A stretch of 64,000 bases of DNA from Candidatus Sumerlaeales bacterium (GCA_038243585.1 JBBSQY010000002.1:64001-128000), one strand, 5' to 3'. Shown: positions 40,560-47,382, numbered from the stretch's first letter. The notes: generated from the letters alone by a model not told the origin. Translations and numbers: made by a program.

Positions 40560-40774
40560 TTGGTCGCCTCCCGCTTGCCTTGCTTTGCTGCCGAACGTGC
40601 ATGTGCTTTCCGAATGATCGCCGCCTCGATAGAATCCAAATCGACCCGGTTACCACATCTCAAAATTGGATGTGCTGGAAAATCTGCCTCGTACCGGCCA
40701 AGCCAGTTGTTAAACGAGTTCTTGCTTACATGACCCGTAAAAGCCATTGCCGCGTCTAATGAAACGAAACGCAT
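40556..40774 (-). CDS. AlpA/excisionase-like winged-HTH protein (copy 1)
   Basis: RBS CAGGAGG; MRFVSLDAAMAFTGHVSKNSFNNW...GNRVDLDSIEAAI. Confidence 0.65.
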   Translation of the reverse strand: MRFVSLDAAMAFTGHVSKNSFNNWLGRYEADFPAHPILRCGNRVDLDSIEAAIIRKAHARSAAKQGKREATK

Positions 40775-40884
40775 TATGCTGCCTCCTGTGTAACTGAAAA
40801 TTAGTTTCAACCCGCATTAACGACAGTCGGCTACAGGTGGGCGCAAAATAGTTGAAATAGTTGTGGTGGGTCGCCCGGCGGGAT

Positions 40885-40916
40885 GAAAAAAGCCCCCCGG
40901 CGCTTGCCAGGGGGCA
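40885..40916 (-). terminator. Intrinsic terminator inside the element
   Basis: Minus strand GCCCCCTGGC-AAGC-GCCGGGGGGC then TTTTTT, just after the stop of ORF 40921..41136. Confidence 0.75.
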
Positions 40917-40920
40917 GTGG

Positions 40921-41136
40921 TTAAAGCGCCTCGACTTCATCCGCCACGGCTCTGAGTTTATCCGGCAGGTGATCAGCCAGGTGCCGGGCTTCCTCAATGC
41001 AAAGCCAGGTAACTTCACCGCGGACTTCCAGGGCAACCAAAGGGATTCCCCCACGGTACTCGACATAAACTTCAATCCCGTGATCTTTGAAAACATCTTC
41101 GCCGGTGAAAACAGGTCGCGTGGTGGTGGCGGTCAT
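40921..41136 (-). CDS. Hypothetical protein (71 aa)
   Basis: 4-bp overlap with the upstream ORF; followed by a terminator. Confidence 0.65.
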   Translation of the reverse strand: MTATTTRPVFTGEDVFKDHGIEVYVEYRGGIPLVALEVRGEVTWLCIEEARHLADHLPDKLRAVADEVEAL

Positions 41137-41468
41137 AGCGCTACCGCTGTGAAAAACAGATCGGCATCAGCGTCGCGCTTCTCTATGTCATCGCGAAATT
41201 CGCACATTGATTTCAATGCGGTATCACGTCCGCTAACTACGGCATTATAGTAGTCGCTTAAGTCTTCCGAATCCATCAGCGGAATTCTAATCTGGCGAAA
41301 CAGATCATACAGAATCGTGGCAATGGGTGCAAACTTTGCCAGCATCTGCTCTTTTTCTTCCCGTGAAAAAACTGCTGAATCTATCACGATAAACTCAGGA
41401 CGTCCGAAATCAATCTGACTTTCGTTCTCTCTGTGGGTAACGGGGTTTGTTGCGTTAATCGTGGACAT
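41133..41468 (-). CDS. Hypothetical protein (111 aa)
   Basis: RBS GAAAGG upstream; first gene after the structured leader. Confidence 0.65.
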   Translation of the reverse strand: MSTINATNPVTHRENESQIDFGRPEFIVIDSAVFSREEKEQMLAKFAPIATILYDLFRQIRIPLMDSEDLSDYYNAVVSGRDTALKSMCEFRDDIEKRDADADLFFTAVAL

Positions 41469-41640
41469 AAAAAAATCAACCTTTCGATACTTCGTGGTTG
41501 ACGGAGACTGACACGCACCTTCAGGAATGCGTATAGGTCATTCGGTGTGCAATCACCGTCTTGACTCAGGCCCTGGGTTGCGCTGAACACGCTTCCTGGG
41601 GCCGCTTATTTATCCGGCATGGTCTTACTGCCGGGCGTTG
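41469..41640 (-). promoter_or_regulatory. Structured leader / attenuator-like region
   Basis: Series of hairpins ending in TCAACC...GGTTGA-TTTTTTT immediately before ATG 41468. Confidence 0.5.
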
Positions 41641-41682
41641 GCAAGAGAAATCGACATCACGGCGCGATTCCAGCCACTCTGA

Positions 41683-41859
41683 GCCACTTTAGCAGTTGCC
41701 TGCGTGTGTTTGCACCGTCGGCACATGAACGAAAGCCAGCGGGCAATGATTGGCGCGAAGATCGCCAATATGGTGCGGGGTGAAAATCAGCATACGCAAA
41801 TTTGCGGAACCATATCCCAATCCGACGCCGCTGAACATCATATCCCCATCACTTCATGA
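41683..41859 (+). pseudogene. Fragment of a phage ParB-like/methyltransferase-associated HTH gene, opposite to element transcription
   Basis: The plus frame reads LHRRHMNESQRAMIGAKIANMVRGENQHTQICGTISQSDAAE, bounded by stops at 41680-41682 and 41857-41859. Confidence 0.6.
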
Positions 41860-43331
41860 CCTGGATTCCGTTCATTCAGCGTGAAGTTAATCGTGGATTC
41901 CTGCCCGGCGCGTCCGGTATTGGCCCGGTTGGCGGCTTGCGTCGCGTGAATATCCTCATTCGACATCCCGCCTCCCTGCAACGCACCAGCACCGAATTTT
42001 GCAACCATGTCAGCCTGTAGCTTTTTATCTTTCGTGGCATCCATCGCCGTTTTACCATGCGCCCTTAACCAGTTGTCCACGACGGCATTTGTGGAAATAG
42101 CTGTCTGGTTCATCGGGTTGGCGCGGTCGCTGTCGGCCGGGTACCGCGCCGTTGTCTTCGCATCATGAGCCGCTACCTTGTCACGGTAGCCCGTTTCATT
42201 CGCAGCAAATCCAGCCGCTTTTTCGCGCGCTTTTGCAGCCATCTCATCCGCGCCGAATAAGTCATAGACATTAGCCGCAAGATTCTCCGACTTGCCCATA
42301 ACACTATTATTAAACGCCCCGGCTTTGTTGTCCAGGTTCTTAATGTCACCGGCTTTTTCAGACATCGAGGAAACCAGCGCCGCAGCATTTACAGCAGCGG
42401 TGCCCAGGAAGTCAGAAAACGCCTTCGCGTCTTGCCCCATCTCTGCCCAATCAATGCTTTTGATCGTGCCGAACAGGTCTTTGGCGCTGTCTGCAATGTT
42501 CTCTCCAAATGCTTTGGTAAACTCGTCAACACCCATCTTCGCGTCACCGCTGATATACTGCACGAAGTCCACCAATTCGCCTTTAATGACATCAAACAAG
42601 GGAGCCGTCGACGCCTGCTTCATGTTATCGAAGAATGATCCCGCCGTGCTGGATAGCCCTTCCCATGTCGACGCCATCTGCATAACCAGTTCAGGCCCCG
42701 CGCCCATTTGTTTCAGTGCAGCATTGATCAGCTCCATACCCTCGAGGCCCTGGGCTTTTAATTCTTTTATAACACTACGAGATATATCAAACCGGCTTTG
42801 TAAACTTACATAGTCCCCGCCCATAGCCTCACGGATAGAGAATGCAGCACCTTCAAGCCCCTGCGCCGGATTAAGCGCCGCCAGAACTTCCGCAGTCTTA
42901 ACCAACTTCATCAGCTCTTCGCGTGAACCCTTCGCGCTGGAAATCAGCGCTTTGCCCGCTGTGATCATCTCGCCGGTGTCGAACGGCGTAACGTCAGCTT
43001 CCGTGCGAAGATCCATTACAATCTGTTTTGCAAGCGCCGCGTCCTTCGTAAACGCTGTAAACGTCGCTGTGGCCTGCTCAATCGAACTGTTGAGCGCCAA
43101 CCCATCTTTCACCATGGAACCAAACGCGACACCCGTAGCAGCCGCCGCAACACCCGCAGCAACGCCCATCCCGGCCAGAACCTTCGCAGCCGGTGCAAAC
43201 GCTTTCGCCACAGCCCGGCCTTCAGTCATTGCGTTATTCTTAAACCGGGTGAAACCTGTTTGCGCGCTCACTATACCCGCGCGAAATTCGGCGGCGTCTA
43301 ATTTAACTTTTGCTGTGACTTCTGCGCTCAT
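41838..43331 (-). CDS. Short tail tape-measure-like protein (497 aa)
   Basis: N-terminal VTAKVKLDAAEF; SIEQATATF...EADVTPFDTGEMITAGKAL (tape-measure N-terminal motif); STWEGLSST; Ala/Gly-rich helical composition. Confidence 0.8.
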   Translation of the reverse strand: MSAEVTAKVKLDAAEFRAGIVSAQTGFTRFKNNAMTEGRAVAKAFAPAAKVLAGMGVAAGVAAAATGVAFGSMVKDGLALNSSIEQATATFTAFTKDAALAKQIVMDLRTEADVTPFDTGEMITAGKALISSAKGSREELMKLVKTAEVLAALNPAQGLEGAAFSIREAMGGDYVSLQSRFDISRSVIKELKAQGLEGMELINAALKQMGAGPELVMQMASTWEGLSSTAGSFFDNMKQASTAPLFDVIKGELVDFVQYISGDAKMGVDEFTKAFGENIADSAKDLFGTIKSIDWAEMGQDAKAFSDFLGTAAVNAAALVSSMSEKAGDIKNLDNKAGAFNNSVMGKSENLAANVYDLFGADEMAAKAREKAAGFAANETGYRDKVAAHDAKTTARYPADSDRANPMNQTAISTNAVVDNWLRAHGKTAMDATKDKKLQADMVAKFGAGALQGGGMSNEDIHATQAANRANTGRAGQESTINFTLNERNPGHEVMGI

Positions 43332-43346
43332 AACGAATTACCTTTC

Positions 43347-43490
43347 AAAATAAAAATGCCGCCTGGGGCAGAGGGATCCCAGGCGGCGATTCGCGGGGAA
43401 ACGAGCGTAAACCCGCGAAGATAAAATAAGTTGGACGACGGCTAACCCTCGCCGATTAGCCGCCGCCCGCTCTTGACGGTTTCCCATCAA
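43347..43490 (-). ncRNA. Cluster of four hairpins; the last is an intrinsic terminator upstream of the TMP gene
   Basis: Stems at 43473-43490 (GAAA loop), 43433-43468, 43390-43419 and 43358-43387, followed by ATTTTTATTTT. Confidence 0.5.
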
Positions 43491-43496
43491 ACTTTG

Positions 43497-43676
43497 TTAC
43501 CGCCTGCGTACCAGGTCAGCCAATGGATCAGGCGACCTTGCATTGTCCTGGACGCGCTGGGTGTCGATATCCGTGCCCGCGCCCAACGAGGATAAACTCG
43601 AAAATCGCTGGACAGGTTCCGCCGATTCGTCATCAGCAGGTTTTGGCTCTTCTATGTCTTGGTAAAAATCTCTCAT
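43497..43676 (-). CDS. Unannotated 59-aa acidic protein, putative mini-scaffold
   Basis: ATG 43676 with GGAAAG upstream; MRDFYQDIEEPKPADDESAEPVQRFSSLSSLGAGTDIDTQRVQDNARSPDPLADLVRRR*; shorter than any ORF in the track. Confidence 0.65.
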   Translation of the reverse strand: MRDFYQDIEEPKPADDESAEPVQRFSSLSSLGAGTDIDTQRVQDNARSPDPLADLVRRR

Positions 43677-43687
43677 AATTTAATCTT

Positions 43688-43837
43688 TCCGAGTAGACGG
43701 ACGCCTCTTCCAAGACGCCCGCCCAACCCTATTTCGGAGCTATGGACGCAACGACAACGGCCATATTTTGACCGCCGGGCTACGCGGTTGAAGGTGTGCC
43801 CGGCGGCCTGATTCGTTCGCAGCAGGCAAGCGAATCA
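43688..43837 (-). ncRNA. Cluster of hairpins downstream of the capsid gene
   Basis: Stems at 43809-43837, 43770-43808, 43741-43765 and 43688-43738 (14-bp G-U-rich stem, GGAA loop). Confidence 0.5.
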
Positions 43838-43844
43838 AACGTGA

Positions 43845-44855
43845 TTACGGAGTCTCATCAGCGCTTATAAGGATAGAAGCCGGATAGCGGTCAGCCTCTA
43901 ACGGCTGTGCCACTGTGACCGGGTTCGCCGTACAAAAGCCAATTCGCGCGACCGCTTTAATTGCGATAGAGTCAGCTTGCATGAGATTCAGCATAATGTT
44001 TCCCGCCAAATCTTGGATCACGCCATCTTTGTGAACGCTGATATGGAGTTCCTCACGGACGCCCACCAGGTGTTTTGTGCGGTCGAACATGATCATTTCA
44101 ATGTCGGACGCGTCGGGGTTCTGTGGCGGGAAAACTCCGTCGACCCCGAAGGAAATTTCACGACCAAACAACCGGCCTTCCAGTGCCTCGCCGCTCTGAA
44201 GTTCCTCGGGAATGAAAAGCGGGCGTCCGAGCGTATCGGTTTCCGACATTAAATCGTACTCGAACCCCGGCCTAGCGATAGCGCCATTTAACTGGAAACC
44301 ATCCCGGCGCGACATCTTTAGCACGTTCATAATGTCCGTGCGTAGACCACCATTAGCCGCCGCCGTGTCGATAACCGTCACGTTACCGGCGCTCATCGCA
44401 CCAGCAGCAACATGAGCCGGCCAGACAATCGGCTTTTCAATTCCGAAGAAAATTGCCTTATCAATTGCCATCGCGATACTCTGGGCAATCGCCGGAATTA
44501 TTTCTTCCGTGAGATTGATCCCTCCAGCCTGAATGTCAGACATCAGCCGGCGCGGAAATGGTATGATGACGGCAATGTCGGCCACGTTCATGTCAATATT
44601 GGCCCATGATACATCGCTCGTCTGGATAAGCCGGGTATCATCTTCAGGTGTGCCGGTTTGGGTTAGCCAATAAGATTTCGGCAGCGCCGTCATAACCGGG
44701 AAAGATTTGTTCTGCGTCAAAATTGGAACGTGCTTGAAGAACCGCAATGCGGCCGACTGTTGCGTCGCCATCTTGAAAATTTTGTTGGAATGTTCGCATG
44801 GAACAAGGCCACCGGCAGAGGTTGCGTTGCGGTCTGTGATATCGTTGAAAGCCAT
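43845..44855 (-). CDS. Phage major capsid protein (HK97 fold, no delta domain)
   Basis: GGLVP..SNKIF, FPVMTALPKSYW, IAVIIPF, AIDKAIFFG..KP..WP, NLMQADSIAIKAVARIGF; RBS TAAGGAG. Confidence 0.9.
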   Translation of the reverse strand: MAFNDITDRNATSAGGLVPCEHSNKIFKMATQQSAALRFFKHVPILTQNKSFPVMTALPKSYWLTQTGTPEDDTRLIQTSDVSWANIDMNVADIAVIIPFPRRLMSDIQAGGINLTEEIIPAIAQSIAMAIDKAIFFGIEKPIVWPAHVAAGAMSAGNVTVIDTAAANGGLRTDIMNVLKMSRRDGFQLNGAIARPGFEYDLMSETDTLGRPLFIPEELQSGEALEGRLFGREISFGVDGVFPPQNPDASDIEMIMFDRTKHLVGVREELHISVHKDGVIQDLAGNIMLNLMQADSIAIKAVARIGFCTANPVTVAQPLEADRYPASILISADETP

Positions 44856-44946
44856 GAAAGTGGCTCCTTAATAGGGAGATCGCGGGAGGAATGGAATAGC
44901 CTATCAGTTACCTGTCAGCCATGACGTTTCAACCGCGTCGCCTTTA

Positions 44947-45459
44947 TTAACGACAGCTTGCTTCCAGGTCGCTCCCAATAATCCGATTTTGCATCATATC
45001 TGATAGTATTTCCGGCTGTGCAAATAAAGCCGTCCCGAAATCCTGTAGGCTTGCGAAAAGAGCACCCTCACGACGCCACGCACGACGCCGCATTTTCAGA
45101 ATATCCATCGCCTTATTTTTCGCGGATCCGAGAAAAAACGAATTCACGCTGCCGCTAAATTCAAACCCGGCAACCGGTAACCCGGTTCGCGGATTGAGAC
45201 GCCGGCATTGTTTAGGTTTTGCGCTCTCGAGTAGGTGCATCAAAATTTCATTTCGTGCGTCGTCTTGATCCTCCTGCGACAGTGAAACCTTGTACGCCCA
45301 TTGCTTCGCCAGTGGTAGCAGCAGGGCCGCAACGTCAGCCAGCAGGAATTCATTCTCTGGATCCCGCCGCAGCGCCACAATAGCGGCCTCCAGGTCAATG
45401 GCCTGTTGTGCGAAATCAATCACTGCGTGATGGCTACGGGGAGCGCAAACAGCAGGCAT
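44947..45459 (-). CDS. Sigma-70 region-2-like protein lacking region 4
   Basis: EDQDDARNEILMHLLE...FSGSVNSFFLGSAKNKAMDILKMRRR; RBS AGAAAGGA before ATG 45459. Confidence 0.6.
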   Translation of the reverse strand: MPAVCAPRSHHAVIDFAQQAIDLEAAIVALRRDPENEFLLADVAALLLPLAKQWAYKVSLSQEDQDDARNEILMHLLESAKPKQCRRLNPRTGLPVAGFEFSGSVNSFFLGSAKNKAMDILKMRRRAWRREGALFASLQDFGTALFAQPEILSDMMQNRIIGSDLEASCR

Positions 45460-45540
45460 AAGCAAATCCTTTCTTGTGTAAATGCTTACCCGTACCCGCC
45501 GCTTTCATGCAAGGTGAATCCGACAGTCAAGAGAAAAAAA

Positions 45541-46146
45541 TTATGCTTTCACCGGCGGGGCATCGCCCATCTTTTCAGGCATATAGTCGCTGAAGTCCAT
45601 CGTATCGCCGACGCATCCAGTTTCTACCCACTCCCTGGGCGGCAAACCAACATGGACGAACGTGATCGGGGTCTCCGTGTCATCCTTCGCCACAAGTTCC
45701 TGGTAGGCCTGAAAATCTTTGCTCAGCCGTTGGTCATAACTAATCCGGGCCTCGAGTAGCTTCCGTTTTTCCGATGTGTAAAAGCGCTTATCCGCCATTG
45801 TCTCAGCATCAGCCAGGCATTGATCAAGACGAAGGGCCTCCACATCCAGCGCCACAAGCGTGTTTTCGTGCCGATCCAGCATGAAAGCCAGCCGCGCCTT
45901 GCCACTGGATAGACTCTCAGCCAGGTTCACCGGATCGCCCTCGGCAATAGCCAGAACAATCGCCGGTGTATGCGAATGTACCCTTGCCGTAGTCTTACCC
46001 ACCGGCGGCTCATCGCCACGAACCCGCGCACGGTACCGCCGTTTACTGTCAGCCCGGCATTTCTTGCAATCGCCCGCAGCATAACGCTCTGAGGTGCCAC
46101 ACTTCGCGCAAATCTTGTCATTATCCATGCCAGGTATTAACGCCAT
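45541..46146 (-). CDS. Zn-finger / coiled-coil protein, possible terminase small subunit
   Basis: CAKC...CKKC, basic patch, coiled-coil core, C-terminal beta strand PITFVHVG; first gene of the structural module. Confidence 0.5.
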   Translation of the reverse strand: MALIPGMDNDKICAKCGTSERYAAGDCKKCRADSKRRYRARVRGDEPPVGKTTARVHSHTPAIVLAIAEGDPVNLAESLSSGKARLAFMLDRHENTLVALDVEALRLDQCLADAETMADKRFYTSEKRKLLEARISYDQRLSKDFQAYQELVAKDDTETPITFVHVGLPPREWVETGCVGDTMDFSDYMPEKMGDAPPVKA

Positions 46147-46378
46147 TCGTACCCACCGGCCACGCTGTACCCATGATTTTCACAAAAAGCCAAAAATCTC
46201 CCGTTTCAGTGCTAGCGAGCATTGGCCTATACCAGCTACAGGGGTGCCCCGGCCTTGTAATAGTTACAACCGTTGTGTGGTGCCCTGTGGCGGCTGTGGT
46301 GGTGGTGCTACTCGGATCAGTGCCACGCGGTGCGGTGTGTTGTGTGTGTGGTGGTGCGCCGGCAGTGGTGGTTGACGT

Positions 46379-46442
46379 GCGTTGGTTTAGCAATAGGGTA
46401 AATAGGGTAAACAGGGGAACTCTCTTAAAGCGTATATGTGAC
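46379..46442. repeat. Sub-terminal imperfect inverted repeat, right copy
   Basis: AATAGGGTAAATAGGGTAAACAGGGGAACTCTCTTAAAGCGTATATGTG; its reverse complement matches 36188-36251. Confidence 0.8.
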
Positions 46443-46581
46443 ATCACCACATACGCCCTACACCCAGTTTACACCCAGTTGTTCGTGGTGTGGTGGGTGT
46501 ATCTTGCCTGTACCTTCAATGTGGTTAAAGTGGTTATCGCTTGATATAGCTGGGGATCAGGTAGTTGGGTGATAGGGAAAT

Positions 46582-46658
46582 TGGTAGCGACGAGTGGAGT
46601 TGAACCACTGACCTAAGGGTTATGAGTCCTTCGCTCTAACCACCTGAGCTACGCCGCC
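46582..46658 (-). tRNA. tRNA-Met(CAT), elongator; integration target
   Basis: GGCGGCGTAGCTCAGGTGGTTAGAGCGAAGGACTCATAACCCTTAGGTCAGTGGTTCAACTCCACTCGTCGCTACCA; G2-C71 and C3-G70 favour Met over Ile2. Confidence 0.93.
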
Positions 46659-46708
46659 CCGTGGTTTGAAGTACGGTTCTGCACTTCAAAACATTCTTGC
46701 AAAAAAAG

Positions 46709-46784
<76 letters not shown>

Positions 46785-46948
46785 TCATTTTGCAGCCGCA
46801 CTGTTCCGGTTGCAGGCTCATTTTACCGGAGGCGTTTGGTTTTCTTCAAAGATTAGCAATATTGGTTTTTGGATTTTCAGATTTCGGCTTTTGATCCACG
46901 TCTATCAGCAAAATCCAGTTCTTATGTCATTGTTTTCCAGTATAGTAT

Positions 46949-47356
46949 TTACTTTCGACGGGTCCTTCCGGGGGAAGCTGAGGTGGAGGTTTCTGTAAGG
47001 ATTGGCGAGGTTTCCAGCATTGGTACGGCGGGTGATGTTTTTGACTCGTTCTCAAAAAGCATCACCTTTTCTCCAGGTCTGTGCATTTGGAGGCGTTCCC
47101 GAATTTGTTTTTCGCTTTCCACCCCATTGAACATTAAGCTCTGCTGTTGACGCCTCAACTGTGCGATGCGTTGCTTGGTTTTGGCTATCTCTAACTGAGC
47201 CTTTTCCCGGTTCCGATGAGTCTCAGAAAACTCATGCAGGTTTTCGCGGTTTATCACAAACCAGAGCCCTGCAGCTACAAGAGTAAATACCACTGCAAAC
47301 AGAAAATAACCTCGGGATTTAGGCGGCGCGGGATTGTGCTGATACCTTTTCTGCAT
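46949..47356 (-). CDS. Septum formation initiator (FtsB/DivIC family)
   Basis: One TM helix, coiled coil, EKQIRERLQMHRPGEKV. Confidence 0.8.
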   Translation of the reverse strand: MQKRYQHNPAPPKSRGYFLFAVVFTLVAAGLWFVINRENLHEFSETHRNREKAQLEIAKTKQRIAQLRRQQQSLMFNGVESEKQIRERLQMHRPGEKVMLFENESKTSPAVPMLETSPILTETSTSASPGRTRRK

Positions 47357-47382
47357 AGAATTGATCCGTACCGACGCCTAGT

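Larger units (their letters stand above)
36054..46604 (-). mobile_element. ~10.5 kb tRNA-Met-integrated phage satellite (PICI-like) encoding capsid and tape-measure proteins
   Basis: 24-bp att repeats, integrase, primase, AlpA-like genes, capsid and TMP; intact genes co-oriented; no recognisable portal, TerL, tail tube or lysis genes. Confidence 0.88.

Noticed and set aside
43347..43837. CRISPR-like array or REP repeats as the source of the hairpin series
   Set aside because: The hairpins share no repeated sequence or regular spacing, and no cas genes are present.
43845..44855. Encapsulin interpretation of the HK97-fold protein
   Set aside because: It sits inside an att-bounded element with TMP, primase and integrase, and its motifs are phage-capsid-like. 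No cargo enzyme is adjacent.
46094..46544. ORFs 46094..46375, 46121..46450 and 46173..46544
   Set aside because: Low-complexity translations (Thr/His- or Val/Cys-rich) of the skewed repeat-bearing end region; probably non-coding.
36054..46604. Interpretation as a complete prophage or a standard capsid-forming PICI
   Set aside because: Only ~10.5 kb, with no recognisable portal, large terminase, protease, head-tail connector, tail tube or lysis genes.
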